Source: Bdellovibrionota bacterium (GTDB taxonomy: Bacteria; Bdellovibrionota; UBA2428). Taken from it: a stretch of DNA of 64,000 nt. The position numbers and the translations under genes are program-made. Positions within the stretch are counted from its first letter, which is position 1. Every line of letters starts with the position of its first letter. Positions 35,701 through 44,571 of the stretch are shown here, in pieces. The stretch spans positions 7,443 through 71,442 of the forward strand of contig DATLIP010000114.1 of the NCBI GenBank assembly GCA_035539375.1, in the 5' to 3' direction. The notes below the pieces were generated by a model that was given only the letters and a program-made list of their open reading frames with translations, did not search any database and had not been told where the DNA came from.

Positions 35701-36026
35701 ATGTCTTGTCCGGGTTGAAAGACGTCGAAAAAATGCACCTCTTTAGGGATCGCAAGGCCCGCCTCAAGTCGCGCCTTAGCGTAAAAGAGCACCGCAGCGG
35801 CCGAGCCGCCGAAGAGCCAGGCTTTGCCACGCGATTCGCTCTGGAGATATTTCAATTGAGGGATAGCCTGCACCACCGCATGCGCGGCGAGGCGAAGTTT
35901 TTCTTCGGTGACTTTGACTTTTACGGTCGCGCTCGTTTTGGCATGCGCGATGGGCGCGACGTGAATCGTGCTCAGCGCGAAGCTCAACAATAGAAATAAA
36001 AAACCACGGCCCCTCATCCCCTGCAT
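32757..36026 (-). CDS. Large (about 1090 aa) secreted hypothetical protein
   Basis: The ATG at 36026 is preceded by AGGAAAGGGA; signal peptide FLFLLLSFALSTIHVAPIAHA; mostly helical; no confident domain. There is a weak GGS...DIDVLLD nucleotidyltransferase-like signature near the N-terminus. Confidence 0.55.
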   Translation of the reverse strand: MQGMRGRGFLFLLLSFALSTIHVAPIAHAKTSATVKVKVTEEKLRLAAHAVVQAIPQLKYLQSESRGKAWLFGGSAAAVLFYAKARLEAGLAIPKEVHFFDVFQPGQDIDVLLDVSEERLNEIRRRVLAKHEINTGEKNAWDIIHLREGLLERGVLGDEDFFKQNSDSLSLGLLHMHANPQEVRFEWAPDFGQSGRRSNPMVNSVLRGEIEFYRRSTHKETERYREGKNPEIMGVLRVLNKASRYNLQIVGASLKEFHDIVSTFLSTRRSPSTFNSAYVPGRLRLLVKQMIMSSANPEITRQWLEEFQVYEVLKKSDVAYGAIADLRHAEELVGQFPKGIRFDRYRRVTADRVFYIPDGAIFEGTTLYGGERPPVMVFPSRLGDSKIVRTVAKLWQDFLKQGDEGNADTFAEKLTEVLHEYANEIAPDNRVIEPLGSQQSCQVDCRDYSLLGSVILSHAGIPSIVTSEQNYTKVLVTIAGSKYLLDVHTGSASEDVTYRPDYVQNYWVPDDANVMKSGEEPVVAYFRASLRDVHRALAATDVEAVLKSHPKLIGEFRTYVDSALRAKSVAVAVLLESYQPWLGEDYTKFLRYRDAHFDKWLQSLRSAKGSDVARAPLLELGSELVHLPETEASLKFLDAFFEEFVKARRKSGAAVHTLDESQLLNSIAAWKQDDYRAAVYAMLLGSGFRYDSHYFEDGRLLDEMRKPRLALLPYARRRWQRDGSRFFASQRAQPYLEMKDSKVILELMKYDEVVQVALGGGGEEDNKKPQVLAFWRQIFAAAESESSAAAPLSETLKKLLPQVDFFDPSVSAPLFEAYSGSPSRLFEWIGPEIGRELFRSGAFVFAQTDVTQTFELLLHIVKTYPELGDKDLAQLTTGTYSTLAHLAVATQRGEVTFSDYERFASAHWRYPGFGFDRGLIKFLATVNPEYFSRLPLARFEPVIFRKNVPLLEVVHNLRYVMPHPDFASLGFSALSRNQVDLVISRFLMKPHEKWLDALLFSFGKASSPPMPPILRYMIEHMKSEMPARAGLTQKLSPSFKRKWKRLLAISDEQTLNVSSSTSSPRASARSRAGTLGESLCQKHLRQIAQ

Positions 36027-36144
36027 GTCTCCGTCCCTTTCCTCTAGGACGGTGAACCAAAACACAGGGGACTCAGCTCATCAACGGGGCGAGCATGCTT
36101 CAATGGGGGTTTTAAGGCTTATTAAGTGATCGCTATGCTTAAAC

Positions 36145-37635
36145 TCAAAAACTCAGCCGTTTGCGCAGATTTAAAAAGATTGTGAGGCATTTTTTGTGCG
36201 AACCTATCTGCGCCGCATCAAGTTCCGTGGGCTTTTGCAGAGCCTCGACAGCGCGCTGGTAATCGCCGTGCACGCCGCGCAGAGCTTCTTGCACGCGCGG
36301 ATCTTGCGATCGCAGTAGCGTTCGCAAAAATTCGTCAAGCGTCGTGTCCTCGCCATCAAACTGTGCGTATTCCACGAGCCTGTCGATCATCAGCTCGCTG
36401 ATCTTCCAGCGCCGGCCGGGCGGGGTTGTGCTCGCCGGTGTGGCGATCACGAAGCTGCGGTAAAACTCATCAACAAATTCAGGCTGCAGCGCCATTTCGT
36501 GAGCCACAAGAATCGCGCCCACCTCTTCGCCCACCCGCGGATCGGAAGATTTTACGAGCGAGGCCATCACTGTGTAAAAGTCCACTTCGTCGACCGAGCC
36601 CTGCTCGAACTTTTTTCCCCAGAATCGAAGCGCTTCTTTAAAGAGCTCCGATTCGGTATCGCTCACCGTAAAAATGGTCTTGGCAAGACGCGAGCTGAGC
36701 GCGCGATGCTCGAGCACGTCGAGTTCCGCAATCAGGCGAGTGAGACGAGGCCCGGCCACGCTAACATAGGCCGCAAAGTTCTCGGCGCTCATGGCATTCA
36801 TCAGGTCAAAGTCGAGTGCGTAGCGCACCGAAAAGCCTGTCTTGTCCGCGGGCGCTAGGAATTCAAAATTGAGCGGATAATTTTCGTCGAGAAAGCTCAC
36901 AAGCTTAAGCAGTTCCGCGTTCGAGAGAGTTTCTTGGATCACACGCTCGCGCCAGCGCTCGATGTCTCCGCGCAGTCGCGCCCTGTGCGCCTCGCGCGCC
37001 GTATAGGCGGCGGAGGAGCTGCGAAAGTAATGTTCTTCGATGCGTTTGCCGTCGTCGGGACGCGCGACACCGTAGCGAGCGTTCTCGGTGACAAGACGCT
37101 CTAAGGTCGTGGCGACCTGATCACCGCGCTCCATCGATGCAATCAGATCGCGGGTCGTCTCGGCGTCAAGGTTCGGAGAGAAGAGCGGCATCGAATCCCC
37201 AGGTTTGACAATGAGCAACCGCTCGGCCGGATCGTCGCCGAGCCGCACCACAAAGGGGACAAGCTCCGTGCCCTCCACGCGCTGCAGGTATCTCACACCC
37301 TCGGGCAATTGCCACATGCGATGCAAAAAGTTCACTCCGCGAGGCACGGCTACAAGTGCGATGGGGTCGCGAAAGTCGGCACTCACCCAATCCCAGAACT
37401 TCACGTAGGCGGCGCGGTCAGAGCGCACCCGCAGCGCAAAGGCCTCGCGCGTGCTGAGCACGGCGCGGTAGCGATTGGAGTGGTCGAGATCGCGCACAAA
37501 ATCCACGCGCAGACCGTGAGGAGTCAAATCCAAAATCGGATGTGCAAAGTCGTCGCGCGCCCAAGCGTGCGAAAGACCCATAAGCGAAGCGATGAGCAGC
37601 AGCTTCGAGGCTGCCGAGTTCCCCCCAAAGGCCAT
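36145..37635 (-). CDS. Secreted hypothetical protein (496 aa)
   Basis: Signal peptide LLLIASLMGLSHAWA. Its start overlaps the tetR stop (TAATG). No known domain. Confidence 0.5.
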   Translation of the reverse strand: MAFGGNSAASKLLLIASLMGLSHAWARDDFAHPILDLTPHGLRVDFVRDLDHSNRYRAVLSTREAFALRVRSDRAAYVKFWDWVSADFRDPIALVAVPRGVNFLHRMWQLPEGVRYLQRVEGTELVPFVVRLGDDPAERLLIVKPGDSMPLFSPNLDAETTRDLIASMERGDQVATTLERLVTENARYGVARPDDGKRIEEHYFRSSSAAYTAREAHRARLRGDIERWRERVIQETLSNAELLKLVSFLDENYPLNFEFLAPADKTGFSVRYALDFDLMNAMSAENFAAYVSVAGPRLTRLIAELDVLEHRALSSRLAKTIFTVSDTESELFKEALRFWGKKFEQGSVDEVDFYTVMASLVKSSDPRVGEEVGAILVAHEMALQPEFVDEFYRSFVIATPASTTPPGRRWKISELMIDRLVEYAQFDGEDTTLDEFLRTLLRSQDPRVQEALRGVHGDYQRAVEALQKPTELDAAQIGSHKKCLTIFLNLRKRLSF

Positions 37636-38255
37636 TAGCTCGGAGACCTCAGCACGAGCTTGATAAGGCTCGTTAATTGACGAGAGATGGCTTCGGGATG
37701 CGCGAGCGGTTTTTTACCCGCAAGCCCCGAGAGCTGCACGCTGAGTCCCCAGAGCAGGCCCATCTTGAGCGCGTTGGCGACGATCTCCAGATCTTCGTTC
37801 ATGGGCTCACGTGGATGATAGTATTTCCAGGCCTTGGCCATTTGTTTTAAATAAGTGGTTTCCACTTCGCGAGCGGCCTTGCCGATGGCGCCCGGATCGT
37901 CGCGGAACAACATATAGACACGCGGAGCCCAGGGCGAGCCCTGGACCTGCTGCATGGCCTGCAGCAGACGGTTCTCCTGGAACTCGTCCCAGCTGCGGTT
38001 TTTTTTGAGTGCGTCGTCGAGCGAATCTAGGTGCAAAAAAAGCTTCAGCGAATGCCGCACGGCCTCGGTGAGCAGCGATTCCACTTTGGAGCCAAAATAA
38101 TAATAGAGCGTGCTGCGCGGAATTTTGGTGACCCGCGAGATCTTGGAATAGGTCAGTTTGTAAGGCGGGTGCACAAGAAAGAGCTTCACCACCTGCACGA
38201 GGGCTTCTTCGATCGTCACCTTGCGCGCTACGGCTTCGGCCTTCTTTTGGGGCAT
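37635..38255 (-). CDS. TetR/AcrR-family transcriptional regulator
   Basis: HTH YSKISRVTKIPRSTLYYYFGSKVESL; ATG at 38255, 10 bp below the M20 gene stop. The track ORF extends to 38333. Confidence 0.8.
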   Translation of the reverse strand: MPQKKAEAVARKVTIEEALVQVVKLFLVHPPYKLTYSKISRVTKIPRSTLYYYFGSKVESLLTEAVRHSLKLFLHLDSLDDALKKNRSWDEFQENRLLQAMQQVQGSPWAPRVYMLFRDDPGAIGKAAREVETTYLKQMAKAWKYYHPREPMNEDLEIVANALKMGLLWGLSVQLSGLAGKKPLAHPEAISRQLTSLIKLVLRSPS

Positions 38256-38265
38256 GAGCTCCTCC

Positions 38266-39483
38266 TTAGTAGGACAACGCGACAAGCGCGTGGTGAGCCA
38301 TCCCGTAAACCATAGCGTCTTCGTCGATGTCAAACCTAGGATCGTGACACATGTATCCTGTCTCTTTGGCGAGGTTGCGCGTGCCGAGGAACATGAAGTT
38401 GCCTGGGACTTTTTCGCAGTAAAAACCGAAATCTTCGGCCACCATACTGGCGCGATCGGGGTAGCGCACGTGCTCGGCGCCCAGAAGCTGCGTCATCACT
38501 GCGGCCACGCGATCCGAAGACTGGAGGGCGTTGAGACTCACGGGGTAACCCTCAAAAAACTGCAAGGAATAGCTGGCGCCGTTGGCAGCGCAGAGTCCCT
38601 TCAAGAGATCATCCACCTTTTTGCGCACCAGAGCTTGAATCTCTTTATTGTAAGTGCGCAGAGTGCCGGCGAGCTTGACGCTCTCGGGAATCACGTTGGT
38701 CGTGGTGCCCGCATGAAACTGGGTGATCGAAAAGACGGCCGGTTGCTGCGGATCCACAGCACGACTGACCACCGATTGCACGTTGGTCAAAAACTGCGCG
38801 GCGATGAGGATCGGATCGATCGCAAGTTGGGGCTCGGCCGCGTGACCGCCGACGCCTTTGATCTCTATATAGACTTCGTTGGGCTGCGCGGTGGCTGGTC
38901 CGCGACAGATGCCCACCCTGCCGGTGTCGTGCAAGGGCCACACGTGCATGCCGTAGATCTCATCCACGCCATCGAGCACGCCGTCTTCGATCATCGCGGG
39001 CGCGCCGCCCGGAAGGTTTTCTTCGTTGGGCTGAAAGACAAAACGAACGGAAGTTTTGAGTTTGGGAGCTAGGGTCTTCAGAATGCGGGCGCCGCCGATG
39101 AGCATCGCGGTGTGCGCGTCGTGTCCGCACATGTGTGCCGCGCCAGGCACGGTGGATTTGTAAGGCTTGTCGCGAAGCTCGTCCATCGGCAGCGCGTCCA
39201 TGTCAGCGCGGATGGCAATGCGGCGCGTGGCGCCCGGCACCTCAAGATCGGCCTGCACGCCGGTACGACCGACATTTTCTTTGACCTTAAGGCCGAGGGC
39301 GCGCATCTCGCGCGCCGCGACGGCGGCGGTGCGATGCACCTCAAAACCAATCTCGGGATTGCGGTGGATGTCGCGACGGATCTCCACGATGGACTCGAAA
39401 TGTTCGCGAGCGAGCCGTAGGACTTCCGCTTGGAGAGCAGGATCGATGGTGATCTTCGACATCTTATGCCTTTCTGGTTTCAA
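38266..39483 (-). CDS. M20-family amidohydrolase (N-acyl-amino-acid amidohydrolase / hippuricase-like)
   Basis: Metal ligands in an HMCGHD context and M20D conservation; overlaps nth by 20 bp. Confidence 0.8.
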   Translation of the reverse strand: MKPERHKMSKITIDPALQAEVLRLAREHFESIVEIRRDIHRNPEIGFEVHRTAAVAAREMRALGLKVKENVGRTGVQADLEVPGATRRIAIRADMDALPMDELRDKPYKSTVPGAAHMCGHDAHTAMLIGGARILKTLAPKLKTSVRFVFQPNEENLPGGAPAMIEDGVLDGVDEIYGMHVWPLHDTGRVGICRGPATAQPNEVYIEIKGVGGHAAEPQLAIDPILIAAQFLTNVQSVVSRAVDPQQPAVFSITQFHAGTTTNVIPESVKLAGTLRTYNKEIQALVRKKVDDLLKGLCAANGASYSLQFFEGYPVSLNALQSSDRVAAVMTQLLGAEHVRYPDRASMVAEDFGFYCEKVPGNFMFLGTRNLAKETGYMCHDPRFDIDEDAMVYGMAHHALVALSY

Positions 39484-40120
39484 CGGGCGTCTTGCGCCGC
39501 GGGTACAGGGATTTACATATCATGCATTCCAAACCAAAACATCCCCGCGCCGGGCAGTGCTCGCGCGCGTAATAGATGATCTGCAGATGGAGCTTGTTCC
39601 AAGTGCTCTCCGGGAAAAGAGCCTTGAGATCGCGCTCGGTTTGAGTGACCGAGGCGCCGCTGGTGAAGCCCCAGCGCTGCGCAAGGCGGTGAATGTGTGT
39701 GTCCACCGGAAAGGCGGGCACATGAAAGCCCTGACTCATCACCACGGAGGCGGTTTTGTGGCCCACGCCGGCCAGACTCTCCAAAATTTCAAGGTCGCCC
39801 GGTACCTGGCCACCGAACTCGGCGACGAGGCGTTTGGAGAGGCTCAAAATCGCCCGCGCTTTTTGGGGCGCAAGTCCGCAAGGCCTGATAATTTTGTAGA
39901 TCTCTTCTTCGCTGAGAGCGGTCATGGCGGCCGCATCGGGGGCACGCCCAAAGAGAATGGGGGTAACTTCGTTGACCCGGGCATCGGTACACTGCGCCGA
40001 AAGAAGCACCGCGATGAGAAGTTGGTAGAGAGATCCAAAATGGAGCGGGGGCTCGGGGTCCGGATAAAGCCGTGAGAGCTCGCTGAGGACATGCTGGGCT
40101 CGTTCCTTTTTGGTCATCAC
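39464..40120 (-). CDS. nth: Endonuclease III
   Basis: HhH-GPD fold with catalytic Lys context LAGVGHKTA and a C-terminal 4Fe-4S cluster CX6CX2CX5C (CPARGCFGLECMIC). Confidence 0.9.
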   Translation of the reverse strand: MMTKKERAQHVLSELSRLYPDPEPPLHFGSLYQLLIAVLLSAQCTDARVNEVTPILFGRAPDAAAMTALSEEEIYKIIRPCGLAPQKARAILSLSKRLVAEFGGQVPGDLEILESLAGVGHKTASVVMSQGFHVPAFPVDTHIHRLAQRWGFTSGASVTQTERDLKALFPESTWNKLHLQIIYYAREHCPARGCFGLECMICKSLYPRRKTPVETRKA

Positions 40121-40294
40121 TAAATTACGTAATGCGGTTTTTTGTTCAAGTCATTGATTTTTATAAACGGCCGCAGGCGCCGGCTCGTCCCAAAATCCGT
40201 GCGCCCCGCGCAAGGATTTTGCCCTTCGTAACGGCGCAAATTTAAAGAATTAGTGGTCGACGAAGTTGCGGTTTAGCGTCTATACCTTGGGGCC

Positions 40295-41404
40295 GTGGCA
40301 AGCCTGGTTCTCAAAAATTTGTGCAAAGATTACAGTGACGTCCGTACCGTTCACGGCATCGATCTCGAGATCCATGATCGCGAGTTCGTGGTCTTCGTCG
40401 GCCCATCGGGTTGCGGAAAATCCACCACGCTGCGAATGATCGCCGGACTCGAAACCATCAGCGAAGGCTCGATCTCCATCGACAAGAAAGTCGTCAACGA
40501 TATCCCGCCCAAAGATCGCGATATCGCAATGGTTTTCCAAAACTACGCCCTCTATCCGCACATGAGCGTTTACGAAAACCTCGCCTTTGCGCTCAAGTTG
40601 CGCAAATTTCCCCAGGCCGAAATCGACAAAAAAATCCAGGAAGCCTCGCGCATCCTCGGCATTCAGGATTACCTGAGCCGCAAACCGGGCGCGCTCTCCG
40701 GCGGTCAGCGCCAACGCGTGGCCATGGGCCGCGCCATCGTGCGCAACCCAAAACTCTTCCTCTTTGACGAACCGCTCTCCAACCTCGACGCCAAACTGCG
40801 CAACCAGATGCGCGTGGAGATCAAAAAACTACACAAGCAACTCGGCGCCACCACCATCTACGTGACGCACGATCAAGTAGAGGCGATGACCCTCGCCGAC
40901 CGGATCGTGATCATGAAAGACGGCCGCATCGAACAAGTCGGCACGCCTCTTGAAGTTTACCGCAAACCAGCCAACATCTTCGTCGCCAACTTCATCGGCA
41001 ACCCGCCGATGAACATCCTCAACGCTGAAGTCCGCAGTGGCAAGCTCCACTCGGGCATCGCGGGCATCGACGAGGCCCTCGCGCTTCCCGAAATCGTACA
41101 GAGTGCCGAGCGCGTCTACGTGGGCGTTCGCCCCGAAGACATCTCGCTCGCCCTTGGCGCCGTACCGGCCGGACACATCAGCTGGGAAGCTCCGCTGGAA
41201 CTTTTTGAACCCCTGGGCGCCACCGAACTCGTTTACATGACGATCGGTGAGCAGCGCCTCATCGGCCAGATCGCCTCGACCGACAAGCTCGAGGTGGGCC
41301 AGAACATCAAGGTTTCGGCTCCGCGCGAAGCCTTCAACTTTTTCGACGTGGCTTCGGGAAAGCGTCTCGAAGTCGGCAAATCTAGCAAATCAGGAGTGGC
41401 ATAA
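40295..41404 (+). CDS. ugpC: sn-glycerol-3-phosphate ABC transporter ATP-binding protein (MalK/UgpC type)
   Basis: Walker A GPSGCGKST, LSGGQRQR, Walker B and a C-terminal TOBE regulatory domain. Confidence 0.8.
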   Translation: MASLVLKNLCKDYSDVRTVHGIDLEIHDREFVVFVGPSGCGKSTTLRMIAGLETISEGSISIDKKVVNDIPPKDRDIAMVFQNYALYPHMSVYENLAFALKLRKFPQAEIDKKIQEASRILGIQDYLSRKPGALSGGQRQRVAMGRAIVRNPKLFLFDEPLSNLDAKLRNQMRVEIKKLHKQLGATTIYVTHDQVEAMTLADRIVIMKDGRIEQVGTPLEVYRKPANIFVANFIGNPPMNILNAEVRSGKLHSGIAGIDEALALPEIVQSAERVYVGVRPEDISLALGAVPAGHISWEAPLELFEPLGATELVYMTIGEQRLIGQIASTDKLEVGQNIKVSAPREAFNFFDVASGKRLEVGKSSKSGVA

Positions 41405-41407
41405 ATC

Positions 41408-42751
41408 ATGATCGCAAAATCTTTCTCCAAGCTTTCTCTATTCACTGCCGTACTCGCCCTCGGTCTCGGCGCCGCTTGCAGCAAAAAAGCTCCGAGCGAT
41501 GCTGACGGCAAAGTCACCATTGAATGGTGGCACTCGATGGCCGGCCACAACAACAAAGTGGTCGACGAGCTCGTCGCCAAGTTCAACGCTTCCCAAGACA
41601 AATACAAAGTCGTGGCCACCTTTCGCGGCGGTTACGATGAAGCCCTCAACTCGCTCGTGGCGGCGTTCCGCGGCGGCAAGCAGCCTCACATCGCCCAAGT
41701 TTACGAAGGCGGCACGCTGCAGATGATGCAGTCGGGAGCCACCCTTCCCGTTTACAAACTGCTTGAAGACAACGGATATAAAGTGGATTGGGCGGATTAC
41801 CTCGACCCGATTCGTTCTTACTACTGGGACAACAATCGCAACCTCACGTCGATGCCCTTCAACTCGTCGACTCCCCTCATGTACATCAACCTCAAGCGCC
41901 TCAAAGCCGCAGGCTTCACCAAAGTTCCCGAGACTTGGGAAGACCTCATCAAGTTTCTCGACAAAGACGTGAGCCTCGGCAACAAGTGCGGCCTCATCGT
42001 TAGCTGGCACACCTGGGTGCTCTTTGAGAACTTCAACGCCATTCACGATCGTCCCTTCGCCACCAAGGCGAACGGCTTCAAAGGTCTCGACGCCGAACTC
42101 GTGTACAACAACCCCGAGCAAATCGCCCTGATCAAAAAACTCGCCGAGCGCGTTAAGACGGGCGCCTTTACTTATGACGGTCGCGGCTCGGATGCCGCCC
42201 GCAACGGATTCATCTCCGAAAAATGTTCGGTCATGATGGAATCCACTTCGGCCCTCAAGGGCGTCATCGAACAAGCGAAATTTGAGTGGCAACCCGCCAT
42301 GCTTCCGCACGAAGCGAACGCCAAAGTCGTGAAGAACGCCATCATCGGCGGCGCCACGCTATGGGTACTCAAGGGCAAGCCCGAGGCCGAATACCAAGCC
42401 GTAGCCGCTTTCATCGACTACCTCGCCAAACCCGAACAACAAGTCTGGTGGCACAAAAACACCGGCTACATGCCTCTCTCTAAAACCGCCTACAACCAGC
42501 TCAAGGCCGAAGGTTATTATAAAGAGAACCCCGGCCACGAAGTCGCCGTATTGCAACTCCTGCGCGGCGGCGCCCCTTCGGACAACTCGATGGGCGTACG
42601 TCTCGGCATGTTCCCGCAAGTGCGCGACACTCTGATGGACGAACTCGAGAAGATCTTCGGCGGCAAAGCTACCGTAGAAGAAGGCCTCAAGGCGGCCGTC
42701 GATCGCGGCAACCAGGTTCTGCGTCGTTTCGAAAAAACGGTAACCAAGTAA
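41408..42751 (+). CDS. ugpB: sn-glycerol-3-phosphate-binding periplasmic protein
   Basis: Signal peptide with a lipobox-like LGAAC; cluster-D solute-binding fold; the operon also carries a GDPD gene. Confidence 0.75.
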   Translation: MIAKSFSKLSLFTAVLALGLGAACSKKAPSDADGKVTIEWWHSMAGHNNKVVDELVAKFNASQDKYKVVATFRGGYDEALNSLVAAFRGGKQPHIAQVYEGGTLQMMQSGATLPVYKLLEDNGYKVDWADYLDPIRSYYWDNNRNLTSMPFNSSTPLMYINLKRLKAAGFTKVPETWEDLIKFLDKDVSLGNKCGLIVSWHTWVLFENFNAIHDRPFATKANGFKGLDAELVYNNPEQIALIKKLAERVKTGAFTYDGRGSDAARNGFISEKCSVMMESTSALKGVIEQAKFEWQPAMLPHEANAKVVKNAIIGGATLWVLKGKPEAEYQAVAAFIDYLAKPEQQVWWHKNTGYMPLSKTAYNQLKAEGYYKENPGHEVAVLQLLRGGAPSDNSMGVRLGMFPQVRDTLMDELEKIFGGKATVEEGLKAAVDRGNQVLRRFEKTVTK

Positions 42752-42782
42752 TCGCCTCCGAGCGGTGTTTTGACGGAAAACG

Positions 42783-43682
42783 ATGCAAAAAAAAGCGCGA
42801 TTCGAATCTAAGATCCTGCCCTACGCACTCATCGTGCCGCAGCTGACGATCATCTTCTTGTTCTTTTTGTGGCCCGCATTTGAGGCCATCTACGCGTCGT
42901 TTCACCTGAGCGATGCCTTCGGCCTCGAAGTGAAATTTGCGGGTCTCGAAAACTTCACCTCGCTCATCACCGACCGCGGCTACCTGGAGACCTTCGGTCG
43001 TACGGCGATCTTCAGCACCATCACCGCCACACTTTCGATGACGGTGGGCCTCATTCTCGCCACCGTCGCCAACCGCGCGCTGGCCTTTAAAAAGATCACG
43101 CGCACCTTACTCATTTGGCCCTACGCCATCGCGCCCGCCATGGCCGGCATTTTGTGGATGTTCCTCTTTCACCCTTCCTACGGGGTGATCGGTTTCTTTG
43201 TGAACCACGTGCTGCAACTCGGGTGGAACCCGGTACTCAACGGCAAACACGCCATGGCGCTCGTGATCATCGCCTCGAGCTGGAAAAACATCTCCTACAA
43301 CTTCATCTTTTTCCTCGCCGGCCTGCAGTCGATCCCCAAATCGGTGCTCGAAGCCGCGAGCATCGACGGCGCCTCGCCCGCCAAACGATTCTTCTCGATC
43401 GTGCTGCCGCTCATCAGCCCGACCTTCTTTTTTCTCATCGTGATGAACCTCGTGTACACCTTCTTCGAATCCTTCGGCGTGATCCACATGACCACGCAGG
43501 GCGGTCCGGGTTCGGCCACCACGATCCTCGTTTACAAAGTTTATGCGGACGGATTTATCGGCCAGGATCTCGGCTCGTCTTCGGCGCAGTCGGTGATCAT
43601 GATGCTGCTCACGATCGTCATCACTTTCGTGCAGTTCCGTTTCGTCGAAAAACGCGTTCACTACTCTGGAGCAGGGAGCTAA
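42783..43682 (+). CDS. ugpA: sn-glycerol-3-phosphate ABC transporter permease
   Basis: MalF/UgpA-type 6-TM permease with an EAA loop. Confidence 0.8.
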   Translation: MQKKARFESKILPYALIVPQLTIIFLFFLWPAFEAIYASFHLSDAFGLEVKFAGLENFTSLITDRGYLETFGRTAIFSTITATLSMTVGLILATVANRALAFKKITRTLLIWPYAIAPAMAGILWMFLFHPSYGVIGFFVNHVLQLGWNPVLNGKHAMALVIIASSWKNISYNFIFFLAGLQSIPKSVLEAASIDGASPAKRFFSIVLPLISPTFFFLIVMNLVYTFFESFGVIHMTTQGGPGSATTILVYKVYADGFIGQDLGSSSAQSVIMMLLTIVITFVQFRFVEKRVHYSGAGS

Positions 43683-43685
43683 GCC

Positions 43686-44570
43686 ATGGTTGAAAAAGCT
43701 CGCGGTTTAAATTTTCTCGCCTACGTCGTATTGATCCTCGGCATCCTCGTCGTGGGCTTCCCCATTTACATCTCCTTCGTCGCGGCCAGCCACGACGTTT
43801 CGGTTTTCGTGAGCGGACAGATCCCGCTCCTGCCCGGCCCGCACCTCATCGAGAACATCAGCTACGCGTGGACCCACGGCGATTTGGGCTCGCAAATCAT
43901 CAATTCGCTGATCATCGCCGGCGGCATCACGCTCGGTAAGATCAGTATCTCGATCCTGGCGGCCTTCGCGATCACCTACTTCGACTTTAAATTCCGCCAA
44001 ACGGCGTTCTGGATCGTTTTCATCACGCTCATGTTGCCCGTCGAAGTGCGCATCGTGCCCACCTACCAAGTGGTGGCGGACATTTTTTCGCCCGTGAACA
44101 CGATCCTCGGCTTATTCGGCCTCCACATGAACTTTTCGCTATCGCTGCTGGATTCGTATTTCGGCCTTACGGTGCCGCTCATTGCTTCGGCGACGGCGAC
44201 CTTCCTCTTCCGTCAGTTCTTTCTTACCGTGCCCGACGAGCTCGCGGAGGCCTCTAAAATCGACGGCGCTTCGCCCATGACCTTCTTCCGCAAGATCCTT
44301 TTCCCGCTCTCCAAGACGAACATTGCCGCCCTCACGGTGATCACCTTCGTCTTCGGCTGGAACCAGTACCTCTGGCCGCTCCTCATCACGACCGACGCCA
44401 AAATGCGCCCGATCATGGTGGGCATCAAGCAGCTCATTCCGGCGCCCGACGACCCTCCGACTTGGAACATCGCCATGGCCGGATCGCTAGTCACGATCCT
44501 GCCCCCGATCCTCGTCGTGGTGCTCATGCAGCGCTGGTTCATCAAAGGCCTCATCGAAAACGAGAAATAA
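43686..44570 (+). CDS. ugpE: sn-glycerol-3-phosphate ABC transporter permease
   Basis: MalG/UgpE-type permease with EAA loop EASKIDGAS. Confidence 0.8.
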   Translation: MVEKARGLNFLAYVVLILGILVVGFPIYISFVAASHDVSVFVSGQIPLLPGPHLIENISYAWTHGDLGSQIINSLIIAGGITLGKISISILAAFAITYFDFKFRQTAFWIVFITLMLPVEVRIVPTYQVVADIFSPVNTILGLFGLHMNFSLSLLDSYFGLTVPLIASATATFLFRQFFLTVPDELAEASKIDGASPMTFFRKILFPLSKTNIAALTVITFVFGWNQYLWPLLITTDAKMRPIMVGIKQLIPAPDDPPTWNIAMAGSLVTILPPILVVVLMQRWFIKGLIENEK

Positions 44571-44571
44571 T

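Noticed and set aside
32757-36026. Assignment of the 1090-aa secreted protein as a nucleotidyltransferase or Fic-type AMPylator
   Set aside because: Only a weak GGS...DIDVLLD resemblance with non-canonical spacing, and no Fic HxFx(D/E)GNGR motif. This is too weak to call; it is left as a hypothesis under the findings.
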